The notes beneath the pieces were generated by a model. It searched no databases. It worked only from the letters and a program-made list of their open reading frames with translations, and was not told where the DNA came from. 64,000 nt of DNA, from contig CAXXHB010000003.1 in assembly GCA_963664815.2 (NCBI GenBank), forward strand, positions 1,280,001 through 1,344,000, read 5' to 3'. This document shows, in pieces, positions 40,899 to 51,628 of this stretch (its first letter is position 1; each line of letters opens with the position of its first letter). The DNA is from Spirochaetota bacterium. GTDB taxonomy: Bacteria > Spirochaetota > UBA4802 > UBA5550. A program made the translations under genes and the position numbers.

Positions 40899-42005
40899 AT
40901 GTTACCTGATATTTCAAATGCGTTTATACTTTTTGGCGGGGGGCTTTCTTTTTTGATTGCCCTTGTACAGCTTCTCCAGGCCAGGAGCAGGTTCAGGAAC
41001 ATTCTGCTTTTTTTAATTTTTTCAAGCCTTGCAGTTATCCAGGTTCAGGGATATGCCTTTTCAAGCACACACTATGAAAGATCCGGTTCAGGGATGATGA
41101 TCTTTCTCCTTGCTAAATTTATCTTCGGCCCGTCGATCTATATTTTTTACCTTTCTGTGTTCCAGAAAGATTATTTTTTTTCTACGAAAGAGTTTGTTCA
41201 TTTTCTTATGGCAGCTTTTGTCCTGTTGGTAATCATTATTGTAATGCTTCCGGCTGGTTACAGGACAGGCTTTCTTGCAATACCATATTCTTTTATAGAA
41301 AATGGTTCTGTTATTGAATACCTCCATTCTTTCGGCTTTGCCCTGATACTCGGTTATATACTTGCAATCTTTTCAAAACTTGAAGTTATGAAGGTTTTAC
41401 GTGATTCCAACAGGGACAGGCTGCTGATTGTAACAATTACAGTTATTACAATTTTATTTCTTATTACAACATTGATTATTGTGTCGATGATTACCGGTTA
41501 TAGTTCTTTTGCAAGGGGTGCCATGACACTTACAACACTCTTTGTAATATACTGGTTTGTAATCTCCCAGATCCATCCCGAGATTTTTCTTGTCGCTGCC
41601 GGCAGAAACAAAAAAACAAACCGGATAGAAGGACTTCTTCAGGGAATAGATATTAAAAAGCTTGAAGCCGGTCTCGATGAACTACTGATGAAAGAGAAAC
41701 TTTATTGCGACGAGGATCTCTCTCTCAGGAGACTTGCCGGACTTATCGGTATTCAGCCGCAGGAGCTTTCGGTATATTTAAATCACCACCTTCAGGTGAA
41801 TTTTAATTCTTTTATCAACAGGTACAGAGTTGATGAGGCAGTTAATATGATGAAGGATGACACAAACCGTTCCCTGCTTTCAATAGCCTTTGCTGTAGGC
41901 TTCAATTCAAAATCTGTTTTTTACGAGGCATTTACAAAACAGACAGGAATATCCCCCGCCCGTTACAGAAAATCCCTTGCTGCCGGACAAAAAAGTCCGG
42001 AATAA
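40899..42005 (+). CDS. AraC-family regulator with multi-TM N-terminal sensor
   Basis: About seven hydrophobic helices; LSLRRLA, NFNSFINRYRV, IAFAVGFNSKSVFYEAF...TGISP. Start after GGGAG. Confidence 0.92.
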   Translation: MLPDISNAFILFGGGLSFLIALVQLLQARSRFRNILLFLIFSSLAVIQVQGYAFSSTHYERSGSGMMIFLLAKFIFGPSIYIFYLSVFQKDYFFSTKEFVHFLMAAFVLLVIIIVMLPAGYRTGFLAIPYSFIENGSVIEYLHSFGFALILGYILAIFSKLEVMKVLRDSNRDRLLIVTITVITILFLITTLIIVSMITGYSSFARGAMTLTTLFVIYWFVISQIHPEIFLVAAGRNKKTNRIEGLLQGIDIKKLEAGLDELLMKEKLYCDEDLSLRRLAGLIGIQPQELSVYLNHHLQVNFNSFINRYRVDEAVNMMKDDTNRSLLSIAFAVGFNSKSVFYEAFTKQTGISPARYRKSLAAGQKSPE

Positions 42006-42251
42006 TTTATCCGGTCGATTTAAACTCAGAAACCGCTCATAGTATAATTAAGGTAGCGCGTTCAGGGTTGACTTTACCAGGTACATTGCGGGTTTGGCCG
42101 GGATAAACGGGAATATATGGATAAGGGATGTTTTTTACACCGCCGGTTCTTTCCAATAAACGGTAAATAACTATATTACTCATGAAACAATCCTGAAAAA
42201 CTACCTGAGAATTATTAAAAGAAAATAAACTGATTTTCAGGAGTGGCCTGT

Positions 42252-45200
42252 ATGAGCTTAAAAAATGTTCTCGGGATTGATATAGGTTCAATTTCGGTAT
42301 CTGTAGTTGAGATGACCCGGGAAAGAGAAATTGTTAAAAAAGATTACGGATTTCATGAAGGGCATATCAGGGAGACACTTCTCGGATTGCTGGAGAGCTA
42401 TAGTTTCAGTGAAATATCAGCTCTGGCTTTAACATCTTCCACGCCGGATATTTTTTGCAAAGGGGGGAGGTTTGACTCCAGAATTTCCATTATATCTGCG
42501 GCAAAGCATATTCATAAAAAGCCGGGGGCAATTCTTCTGATAGGTGGAGAAAAGTTCGGGCTTACCATGTTTGATGAGAATGGAAATTACAGAAATTATA
42601 AATCAAATACCTCATGTGCGGCCGGAACCGGGAGTTTTCTTGAACAGCAGGCAAGGAGGCTTAATCTTCCTGATATACAGACTTTCAGCAGGATTGCGGA
42701 AGGTAACTCAGGAGGCATTCCTAAAATCGCATCAAGGTGTGCCGTATTTGCAAAAACTGACCTGATTCATGCCCAGCAGGAGGGGTACTCCCTGGCAGAG
42801 ATATGTGACGGCCTCTGTCATGGTCTTGCAAGGAGTGTGGCAGACACTCTTTTTGGTAATGAAAATGCCGTTGATCCGATAGTGATGGCGGGGGGTGTTT
42901 CAAAGAACAGAGCTGTAGTGAAACATCTTTCTTCGATAATAGAAAAAGAGATTATAGTCGATGAGAATTCCCATATCTTCGGAGCTATAGGGTGCGCGCT
43001 TCTTTATCTTGAGGGTGCGGAAAACAATACCCTGAAAGATTATGATCTCAGTCTTGATTCTGCAGAAGATATTATTTCAGATCATAAGAAAATGAAAAAT
43101 TACCATTATAAACCTCTTAAACTGGAACTTTCTGAATACCCGGATTTTAAAAGCCTCAGATCGTACGAATATATCCCGAAATATTTCCCTATGGCAACTC
43201 CGGTAGAGATTGATATATACAATAATGTTGATTCATCAAGGGTTGTGCCGGTTTATATGGGAATTGATATAGGATCGACCAGCACAAAGGCTGCTATTGT
43301 TGATATTAACGGTTCTGTCGTTGCGGGATTATATACACGTACGGCGGGGAGACCTGTCGAAGCTGTACAGGCCATTTTTGAAGCAGTTGATGATACAGGT
43401 TTTTCATTTGAATTCCTTGGGGTAGGGACAACAGGGTCCGGCAGAAAGTTCATAGGCAGTATAATCGGGGCTGATTCAGCCCTTGATGAAATTACAGCGC
43501 ACGCCAGGGCTGCGTATATGCTTGATCCTGATGTTGATACGATAATTGAGATCGGGGGGCAGGACGCAAAATTCACCACGCTAAGGAACGGTATGGTAAC
43601 ATTCTCAATAATGAACAATGTCTGCGCTGCAGGGACAGGGAGTTTCATAGAAGAGCAGGCAAGAAAGCTTTCGTGCCCGCTTTCGGAATATGCCGGGAGG
43701 GCTGAAGGGCTCCCCGCACCTCTTTCAAGCGACAGGTGTACTGTCTTTATGGAGCGGGATCTTAATCATTACCTGAGCGAGAACTATACGACAGATGAAG
43801 TGCTGGCCTCTGTGCTTCATTCTGTACGGGAAAACTACCTGACCAAGGTCGCCATAGAAAAAAATATTGGCGATAAGATTTTTTTTCAGGGGGCTACTGC
43901 CAAAAATATAGCGCTTGTAGCAGCCTTTGAGCAGCGTCTTGGCAAGCCGATAATGGTATCAAAATTCTGCCATATTACAGGCGCGCTGGGTGCAGCGCTT
44001 GATCTTATTGATCATAAGGTTGTTGAATCGACATTTCGCGGGATTGGTATTTATAAACAGAAAATTCCTGTTAAAACCGAGGTATGCGGACTCTGTAACA
44101 ACAGCTGCAAGATCAAGATTGCGGAAGTAAACGGCGATACTGTAGCATTCGGATTTTTGTGCGGGAGGGATTATGAGACAAAACGTTTTGTTAACCAGAA
44201 CAGCTCAGGATTTGATCTTCTGAAGGAGAGAAAAAGCCTGATGGATGTAAAACCGCTGAGAGAACCGCAGTATGATTTTACAGTCGGTATTCCCGCTGCA
44301 CTTCATATGTTCGATGAGATTGAGCTGTGGAAAGACTTTTTCGCCAGACTCGGGATAAAGACAGTAACCAGTGAAAAATGCGGAAGCGGGATAAGGGAGG
44401 GTAAAAAGATCTCAGGTTCGGAGTTCTGTGCACCGATGTCGGGCATGCATGGCCATATACAGTACCTTGCCGGTAAAGCTGATTACATTTTTCTGCCTGT
44501 TTTCCTGGAGCAGAAAAACGATGTACAGGGTGTCAGGAGAAATTACTGTTACTATACACAGTTTGTTACGCCGATAATAAATGCCTGCGGGGCTATTGAC
44601 CGGAGGGAAAATATTCTGTCGCCGGTCATACGTTCGCTGGGAAGCACGATTAATCTGAAACTTCAGCTGCTTAAAATGTTCAAAGGCATTTCCGGCAGCA
44701 GCATTACATTTATGCAGGTTTCATCCGCCTACGACTCTGCTTTAAAGAAATTTAATGAGAAAAAAAACAGGCTTGTTTCTCTTTATGAAAAACACAGGAG
44801 TAAAAGTGATATAAACATTGTACTGCTCGGAAGGCCATATACCGTACTTTCATCCTCAATGAATAAAGGCATACCTGAAATTATAGGCAAAATTGGTGTA
44901 AAAGCTTTTTTTCAGGATATGATACCTTCAGACAGTAAAGCAAAGGAGGATGCAGACCCTCTGCTCAGGCTGCTTCACTGGAATTATGCGGCATCAATAC
45001 TCGAATGTGCAGGTGTTGCAGGCAAAGCAGATGGTCTTTATCCCGTGCTTGTAACTTCATTCAAGTGTACTCCCGATGCCTATACGATAGAATATTTTAA
45101 AAAAATAATGGATGCCCATAATAAACCATATCTGATTCTTCAGCTTGACGAACATGATTCGAATGTGGGATACGAAACGCGTATAGAGGCGGGGATAAGG

Positions 45201-46505
45201 TCTTTCAGAAACCATTTCAGCGCAGGAGAAACAAGGCAGGCCGCCGATTATTCGGCAGTTAATCCTCTGGTGGTTACAAAGAGAAGCGTTCTTAGAGGGA
45301 AAACACTTCTCCTTCCAAGATGGGATGGCATTCTCGGGGAATTCATGACAGCCCTTCTGCAGCATGAAGGTATTGACGCGCGTATGGTTGACGAAAGCCG
45401 TGAATCAATACAGAGAAGCCTGAGCCACAATACCGGGCAGTGCATTCCTCTTAACATAATCATTCAGAACTGTGTTGAATATATAAGAAAGCACGATCTC
45501 GATCCAGCAAAGACAGTTATGTGGAATATAAGCTCAAAAATTTCATGTAACCTGGGAATGTTCTCATATTACAGCAAAACCCTGCTTGAGTCAATGGGGG
45601 GAGGCCTTGAGAAAATTGAGGTTTATGCCGGATCAATAACCCTTACAGATATTTCATACCGGGCAGCTCTGAATATGTATACGGCGTGCATGTTTGCAGG
45701 AATGCTTCGCCGCATGGGGTGTTATTTAAGACCCTATGAAACGGTACCGGGGAAAACAGACAGTGTTCTTGAACTTTCAATACCTGTAATATCAGAGGCG
45801 TTCCGGACCGGATCCTCAAGAGAGAAGGCGCTTGAAGAGGTTATAAAGCATTTTGAATCTGTCGAGGTGAAAAGAACCGATCGTCCAAAAGTGGCTATAT
45901 TCGGTGATCTATATGCGCGGGATAATGACATTCTGAACCAGAATATAATATCTGTCATTGAAAGGAACGGTGGAGAGGTTATTACAACGCCATACAGTGA
46001 ACTGATAAAGATCATTGCCGGGCCGTATATAAAAAAATGGATGAAAGAGGGGAGGTATCTTGAAGCCCTGACATCTAAAATTCTGGAACAGGCCATTACG
46101 GTATTTGAGAATAAATACTTTCCATATTTCAACCGCATATTGAAGGGGAATACAGATATTGCTCTTCCTCCGTTCACCGGGGTACTTGAGAAATTCAATA
46201 TGAAGACGGAACATACCGGCGAGTCCATGGAAAATGCGCTTAAAATATATTCCCTGATGATGCATCATCCCGATCTTAAACTTTTTGTACAGACAAACCC
46301 GGCATTCTGCTGCCCGTCGCTTGTCACCGGGGCAATGTCCCGTCATATCGAATCTGTAACAGGTATACCGATTGTAACAATTGAGTATGATGGGACCGGC
46401 GGGTTTAAAAACGATGACATTATTCCCTACCTGAAATACCCGAGGAGTGGTGTCATAAGTAAAAACGGGGATAACCCGGTTAATGATGAATACAACTGTG
46501 CCTGA
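42252..46505 (+). CDS. Acyl-CoA dehydratase activase fusion (2x BadF/BadG/BcrA/BcrD ATPase + DUF2229-like + dehydratase-like domains)
   Basis: GIDIGS twice, CAAGTGSF twice, RCAVF/RCTVF, EIGGQDAK, FCAP, SFKCTPD, LQLDEH, QCIP, PAFCCP. Confidence 0.9.
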   Translation: MSLKNVLGIDIGSISVSVVEMTREREIVKKDYGFHEGHIRETLLGLLESYSFSEISALALTSSTPDIFCKGGRFDSRISIISAAKHIHKKPGAILLIGGEKFGLTMFDENGNYRNYKSNTSCAAGTGSFLEQQARRLNLPDIQTFSRIAEGNSGGIPKIASRCAVFAKTDLIHAQQEGYSLAEICDGLCHGLARSVADTLFGNENAVDPIVMAGGVSKNRAVVKHLSSIIEKEIIVDENSHIFGAIGCALLYLEGAENNTLKDYDLSLDSAEDIISDHKKMKNYHYKPLKLELSEYPDFKSLRSYEYIPKYFPMATPVEIDIYNNVDSSRVVPVYMGIDIGSTSTKAAIVDINGSVVAGLYTRTAGRPVEAVQAIFEAVDDTGFSFEFLGVGTTGSGRKFIGSIIGADSALDEITAHARAAYMLDPDVDTIIEIGGQDAKFTTLRNGMVTFSIMNNVCAAGTGSFIEEQARKLSCPLSEYAGRAEGLPAPLSSDRCTVFMERDLNHYLSENYTTDEVLASVLHSVRENYLTKVAIEKNIGDKIFFQGATAKNIALVAAFEQRLGKPIMVSKFCHITGALGAALDLIDHKVVESTFRGIGIYKQKIPVKTEVCGLCNNSCKIKIAEVNGDTVAFGFLCGRDYETKRFVNQNSSGFDLLKERKSLMDVKPLREPQYDFTVGIPAALHMFDEIELWKDFFARLGIKTVTSEKCGSGIREGKKISGSEFCAPMSGMHGHIQYLAGKADYIFLPVFLEQKNDVQGVRRNYCYYTQFVTPIINACGAIDRRENILSPVIRSLGSTINLKLQLLKMFKGISGSSITFMQVSSAYDSALKKFNEKKNRLVSLYEKHRSKSDINIVLLGRPYTVLSSSMNKGIPEIIGKIGVKAFFQDMIPSDSKAKEDADPLLRLLHWNYAASILECAGVAGKADGLYPVLVTSFKCTPDAYTIEYFKKIMDAHNKPYLILQLDEHDSNVGYETRIEAGIRSFRNHFSAGETRQAADYSAVNPLVVTKRSVLRGKTLLLPRWDGILGEFMTALLQHEGIDARMVDESRESIQRSLSHNTGQCIPLNIIIQNCVEYIRKHDLDPAKTVMWNISSKISCNLGMFSYYSKTLLESMGGGLEKIEVYAGSITLTDISYRAALNMYTACMFAGMLRRMGCYLRPYETVPGKTDSVLELSIPVISEAFRTGSSREKALEEVIKHFESVEVKRTDRPKVAIFGDLYARDNDILNQNIISVIERNGGEVITTPYSELIKIIAGPYIKKWMKEGRYLEALTSKILEQAITVFENKYFPYFNRILKGNTDIALPPFTGVLEKFNMKTEHTGESMENALKIYSLMMHHPDLKLFVQTNPAFCCPSLVTGAMSRHIESVTGIPIVTIEYDGTGGFKNDDIIPYLKYPRSGVISKNGDNPVNDEYNCA

Positions 46506-46617
46506 TTAAACCGGATTTACATGGCATTGCCGGAATCTGAATTATTATATAAGATGCGATTCCGGGTTATGCTCATTCCAGTAACCTGAATGCACATTCC
46601 AGTCTGAATAAAAATTG

Positions 46618-46647
46618 CCTGATCCGGAACAATTATTCCGGATCAGG
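46618..46647. terminator. Stable hairpin downstream of the activase gene
   Basis: CCTGATCCGGAA-caatta-TTCCGGATCAGG, 12-bp perfect stem; no clear U-tract. Confidence 0.45.
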
Positions 46648-46758
46648 TGAAAATATACCCTGTGACTGAAAAATAACCTTCCCTTTTTCTATATTAATTG
46701 TTGACCATTCCTTAAATTTTATATATAAAAGAATCAGGAATACCGGAAATAAATTGCA

Positions 46759-47322
46759 ATGAAAAATGAAAATCCCTTTATCTCTGTGATAGAGTTTAAA
46801 AATGTTTATTCCCATCCCGGAGATATGGAATGTGTTGTCAGGGAATTTCATGCAATATTTGACAAAACAGCGGAATTTCTTAAACCTGTGAAAATAAATA
46901 CAACAGAAGGGCTTGGATGGGTTTTACTTGAACTTCTGAATAACGCTGTGAGATCACCGGTTTCCCTTGCCATGAACCGGGGAGTAATAGATATTAATGA
47001 AACCAATTTTTTTACTGATATTATTATACGCAAATCTGTCTGTGATACAGATAAAGGTAAATCTTTAGAGCTGTCTGTCATGAACAGCGGAGAGTACTCT
47101 GAAAACGTCATAAAATCCATGCAGGAAATACTTGCCGGCGGGATGACGATACTTGACTGTGAGGAGCGTTTTATGCTTAAAGGGAGCTATACCGGTAACG
47201 GGGGTATGGGGATAATTCTATCAAAGAAACAGATTGAGAATGCACTTGGAGGAACTCTGTCACTGGAATGGCACGATGGATACTATGACTTTACCATAAG
47301 ATTTACAGTAAAAGACATTTAA
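46759..47322 (+). CDS. Stand-alone HATPase_c/GHKL-like protein
   Basis: N-box ELLNNAV, NSG (G1-like), GNGGMGI G2 box, GGTLSL. Confidence 0.65.
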   Translation: MKNENPFISVIEFKNVYSHPGDMECVVREFHAIFDKTAEFLKPVKINTTEGLGWVLLELLNNAVRSPVSLAMNRGVIDINETNFFTDIIIRKSVCDTDKGKSLELSVMNSGEYSENVIKSMQEILAGGMTILDCEERFMLKGSYTGNGGMGIILSKKQIENALGGTLSLEWHDGYYDFTIRFTVKDI

Positions 47323-47414
47323 AACGGTATTTCTATATTTATTTTGTAGTTAAATCACAACCGGGATTTTAAAAAATAGTCTGATAAACAGATTGCATAT
47401 ACAGCGGAGGAACT

Positions 47415-48317
47415 ATGAAAGAATCTGAAGTAATAATTATAGGGCAGGGGCCGGCGGGTCTCTCGGCGGGGATATATACATCAAGGGCCGGTATTAAAAC
47501 ATTTATCCTCGGATGTGAACCTAAAATTGCCGGAGATTACGAGATTGATAATTACTTCGGGTTCCCGGAAACGATTTCCGGCAGAGAGCTTATTGAAAGA
47601 GGGATGAAACAGGCGGAGAGATTCGGCGCCTCAATTCTGTGCGACAGGGTAATAGGGATTCATTTTGATGATTCCGGGAAATATATGGTTAAAACTGAAA
47701 ATGACGAGTTTCTGACATGCTCTGTTATTCTTGCCACAGGTGTATCTCGGAAAAAGCCGCGTATCCCTGATATAGATAAATATGAGGGTAAGGGTATTTC
47801 ATACTGTGTAAGCTGCGACGGATTCTTCTTTAAAGGGAAAAAGGTTATAGTTGCAGGGGAGGGATTATATGCCGCAAACCAGGCAATGGAGCTTTATAAT
47901 TATACCACCGACCTCTCTATATGCACGCTTGGAGCGAAGAGCGCTATCCCGTCCGGTTTCATGAAACATCTTTCAGAACGGAATATTCCTGTGATGGAAA
48001 CCGGCATCATGTCACTTCATGGAGAGATGAACCTTGAGAAAGTCACTTTTTCAGATGGTACCGTAATGGATGCATCGGGCATTTTTATTGCGCTGGGTGA
48101 CGCGTCTTCAGTTGATTTTGCAAAGAGTCTTGGAGTAATAACAGAGGGTAATTTTATACAGATCGACAGAGAGATGAAGACTAACGCGCCTGGTATATTT
48201 GCAGCAGGAGACTGTACCGGCGGGTTTTTACAGATAAGCGTTGCTGTGGGAGAAGGGGCTGCGGCCGGCAGATCAGCTATAGAGCATGTAAGGAATACAT
48301 GCAGAACCTCCGTATGA
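47415..48317 (+). CDS. trxB: Thioredoxin reductase-like FAD/NAD(P) oxidoreductase
   Basis: IGQGPAGLSA, ATG, GISYCVSCDG (CxxC), FAAGD; GGAGG RBS. Confidence 0.88.
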   Translation: MKESEVIIIGQGPAGLSAGIYTSRAGIKTFILGCEPKIAGDYEIDNYFGFPETISGRELIERGMKQAERFGASILCDRVIGIHFDDSGKYMVKTENDEFLTCSVILATGVSRKKPRIPDIDKYEGKGISYCVSCDGFFFKGKKVIVAGEGLYAANQAMELYNYTTDLSICTLGAKSAIPSGFMKHLSERNIPVMETGIMSLHGEMNLEKVTFSDGTVMDASGIFIALGDASSVDFAKSLGVITEGNFIQIDREMKTNAPGIFAAGDCTGGFLQISVAVGEGAAAGRSAIEHVRNTCRTSV

Positions 48318-48357
48318 TAATCCGGGTTAAGCAGATATTTTATATTTAAAAAAATAA

Positions 48358-48455
48358 TTCCTGAACTTTTTTATAATAGAAAACCGCCGCCTTTAGCGGC
48401 GGTGAGATATAAGCATTTATTTTACTCTGAAATATTTGTTAAGGAATTAACATCG
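48358..48455. repeat. Dispersed intergenic hairpin element, copy B
   Basis: TTCCTGAACTTTTTTATAATAGAAA-ACCGCCGC-cttta-GCGGCGGT-GAGATATAAG...GAATTAACATCG, between convergent genes. Confidence 0.75.
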
Positions 48456-48467
48456 GGTTAAAACAGG

Positions 48468-51275
48468 TTATCTGCTTACTATTTTTGTTCTTATCCCCTC
48501 CGGTGTGAACTCAAATTCGAACCTTAATTCGGATGTTTTAAAAAACCTCTTCAGATATAATGGAACCGAACCGTTGCTGCTTTCATCCATTCTGAGAACC
48601 GGATAATACCAGTTGCCGTAAACAGTGTTTCCAACTTCGCCCGATCTCCTGTCATATGTATACTCCCCGCCGAGAGGGCATACAGGTTTGAAACCGAAAT
48701 TTCTATATGCAATATCAGGTAATTCCTTACTGTCAGCATCGGGATACATCATACCCAGCAACTTTATTGTTCCGGAATTTCTTCTGCTTTTGGAAAGACC
48801 GCTTTCTATCATGCCGGCCCGGTATGTCTCCTTTTCAAGCAGCATCTCTGAGGGCCTGTAAACGAGCGCCGCATTCTTTTTTATCGAACCTGATTTTGCT
48901 GAAGGGTTGATATCAAGTATCTCTTTCATATACTTTTCGGTTGTAGCTATGTGTATAACATTATCCTTTTCTGCCAGATAGATTCTTGTTATGAGTGAAT
49001 TGAAAAGCGTAAGTTTCAGCACGCGTATATCATTCCTGTTATAAGTAAACAGGTAGCTTTCGCTCTGTATATAGTTACTGAAGCTGCTGCGTTCTATAAT
49101 TTTGTCTATAAGAGTGTTTATTATATTCATACCCTCCCTTGGCCTGTTTACCGGCAGAGCAATTCTCACGGGGTGGGACAACGACCATACCAGCAGTCCT
49201 GTGATAACCTCGGATGAACGGATGATATTGCCGGCGGAGAATTCTGCAATGATGGCAGGATTAAAGTCAGCAAGAGGCAGCGCATCTCCCATGTGAAGCT
49301 GGATCTCCCCTGTGAAGATTTCATTCTGGCCCGGAGCTGATTTCAGAAGTGAGGCTGAGTCGATTCCTGAAAGAGCAAGGTAACTGTTAATTGCAAGCTG
49401 GTTTACTTTAAAGGCAATACTGAGGGTATCACCCCTGATTTTACTGTCCGGATGGAGTTCAACAGGTTTGCCGCCGGCAATTCCCGCAAGCAGAGAATAC
49501 ACCGGGTTATCAGTCAGCGGCAGTATACATGTCTCTATGGATATGCCGGGGTCAGTTTTGATCCTTATTCCGACAGGATCAAAAACATCCCTCCGGAAAC
49601 CGGTGTAGGTATCTGCAAACTTTCTATACTCCTCCGCCTCGCGTCTGGAAACCGCACCAGTTTCAGTTTCTATCAACGGCAGCATGTAGCCGGTTTTCCC
49701 GTAATAATCGCTTCTGGCTGAAAACGAGCCTGGTGTTATTGATATACCCTTAAACCGTTTTGACTCAAGTGCGCCAGGTTTGCTTACGGCATCAATTATA
49801 CCGAGTACCTCGACTGGCGTAAATGCCTGATCACCTGTGATTTTCCTGTAAAACATCTTGAGATCGTAGATAAAATCATCGGGGCCGGGACTTTTTTTCC
49901 TTTTTTTACCGGGCTTTTTTACATCAGGGGGAACAAGTGCTGCTCTAAAGCTGTCCCAGGTGGAGATGTCGGCCTGTTCAAGTTTAATTGCTTTTCCGTA
50001 AAATGAATTTCTTTTCAGCGACTCAAGCTCCTTTTTCCTGGCATCTGTGAAAGATGAACCGCCGGCTGAATCCATAACCTCTTCAATGGAAGAAGGAACC
50101 TTACCAGTGGCCTGGTAGTGGTATATCATGTATTTTTCCAGAACTGCAGCTTTCATCGCTTCATACATCCTTCTCGCCTCTTTGATCTTTAAAGCCGGTG
50201 AAACAAGGTAGCGGATGAACCTGTCAGACAGGTAGATGAATCCGTCTTCATTATCTCTGCCTGCGGGGTAGATTGAGCGCATGTACCTGTAATCCCATGA
50301 ATCAGCTATGGATGTCAGCTTGCCTGAAAACGTGTCAATCACCCTCTCAACGGCTTTGGCTGAGTTCGAAACGACTGCTGTACCGTCTGGAAGTGTGAAG
50401 AAAAATGACCATACCCTGCGGTCGCCGGTAAAAATGTGGCTCCCCTTTATTCCGCAGACAAGAATTTCCCTCTCTGTCGCAGAGTACCTCTCTTTTATAT
50501 ATCTTCTCATACCGCCTATAGCCTGATAGACAATCTGCGGTGATGCCGGACGGATAATAATTGTAACATCGCTCCCTTCAATAAAGAATGGATCTGAACC
50601 TGTAATGGCTATTTCAGTAATTGCCCCGGAATAAAATGCCGCCATATCCTGGCTCTCTCTCATTGCAAGCTGTACCATAAGCTTGTCTTTTACCATGTAA
50701 TCCACCGAAACAGGGGAAAACCGCTTGTATACAGCCGAGCCTGTTTCATTTAAAAAATTGATAAAATCAATGGCTTTTGATCCGTAATTAAAATGCATAT
50801 AGTAAAAATCATCGGGCACGCATTTATCGACAGGATATGTTTTGTAATCCCTGTTCTTCAGCATTTTTTCATATGGGTGTGATTCAATACTGACCGGTGT
50901 AATGGAAGACGGGTTGACATCCCTGATATTATCATCAACCGGCCTTATACTTTCAAGCAGAAGTGATTCCCTGATTGCCAGCCCCCCCGAAAGAAGAGAG
51001 TAGAGGTTGATGCTGTTGCCGCGCAGATTGAGCCGATCTACATCATCAAAGGGATCGCTTTTATATTTCTGAGGCCTTATGCCTGATGATTTTTCAAGGT
51101 GCTGAAGTATTTCGCTTGTGTACCCCAGGTAATCTCCGCCGGAAAGTTCAATATTATATAATTTATCCGCTATCTCCTGCTTTTTCTGTTTTGATATTTC
51201 ACAGATGGAATCGGAAGCCGGGAGAATAAAGGCTGCTGACATTGTCAGGATGGCCGCGGTTTTTTTTATATTCAT
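48468..51275 (-). CDS. Large exported hypothetical protein (935 aa)
   Basis: AAGGAGAG RBS, signal-peptide-like N-terminus, long ORF; no family recognised. Confidence 0.8.
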   Translation of the reverse strand: MNIKKTAAILTMSAAFILPASDSICEISKQKKQEIADKLYNIELSGGDYLGYTSEILQHLEKSSGIRPQKYKSDPFDDVDRLNLRGNSINLYSLLSGGLAIRESLLLESIRPVDDNIRDVNPSSITPVSIESHPYEKMLKNRDYKTYPVDKCVPDDFYYMHFNYGSKAIDFINFLNETGSAVYKRFSPVSVDYMVKDKLMVQLAMRESQDMAAFYSGAITEIAITGSDPFFIEGSDVTIIIRPASPQIVYQAIGGMRRYIKERYSATEREILVCGIKGSHIFTGDRRVWSFFFTLPDGTAVVSNSAKAVERVIDTFSGKLTSIADSWDYRYMRSIYPAGRDNEDGFIYLSDRFIRYLVSPALKIKEARRMYEAMKAAVLEKYMIYHYQATGKVPSSIEEVMDSAGGSSFTDARKKELESLKRNSFYGKAIKLEQADISTWDSFRAALVPPDVKKPGKKRKKSPGPDDFIYDLKMFYRKITGDQAFTPVEVLGIIDAVSKPGALESKRFKGISITPGSFSARSDYYGKTGYMLPLIETETGAVSRREAEEYRKFADTYTGFRRDVFDPVGIRIKTDPGISIETCILPLTDNPVYSLLAGIAGGKPVELHPDSKIRGDTLSIAFKVNQLAINSYLALSGIDSASLLKSAPGQNEIFTGEIQLHMGDALPLADFNPAIIAEFSAGNIIRSSEVITGLLVWSLSHPVRIALPVNRPREGMNIINTLIDKIIERSSFSNYIQSESYLFTYNRNDIRVLKLTLFNSLITRIYLAEKDNVIHIATTEKYMKEILDINPSAKSGSIKKNAALVYRPSEMLLEKETYRAGMIESGLSKSRRNSGTIKLLGMMYPDADSKELPDIAYRNFGFKPVCPLGGEYTYDRRSGEVGNTVYGNWYYPVLRMDESSNGSVPLYLKRFFKTSELRFEFEFTPEGIRTKIVSR

Positions 51276-51628
51276 AATTACTCTCCTTATATTACGAATT
51301 CTGTACCCCGTTAAAAAAATCCAGGAAAATATATATCATTTTAAAAAGAAATATCAGGTCTCAATACATTGAAGGAAAAGACTCTTGTAAATCATGCCGC
51401 AGCGTTGCAATGCCTGACCAGGTTTCAGCCGGTGTAAAACGGTACAGGCAGGGCTTCCATGCGGGTGCAGGATGCAGTTTCAAAACAGGTCTGCTGATAA
51501 ATAAGAATTAATAAATACTGTACTTTTTTAATTATCAGTGTTAAACTTGTTATTATCTGGTTGTTTTATACAGAAAAATGTTTTTTAATGTCAAGATGAA
51601 AAAGCCGTAATAAATTTATTAAATGATC

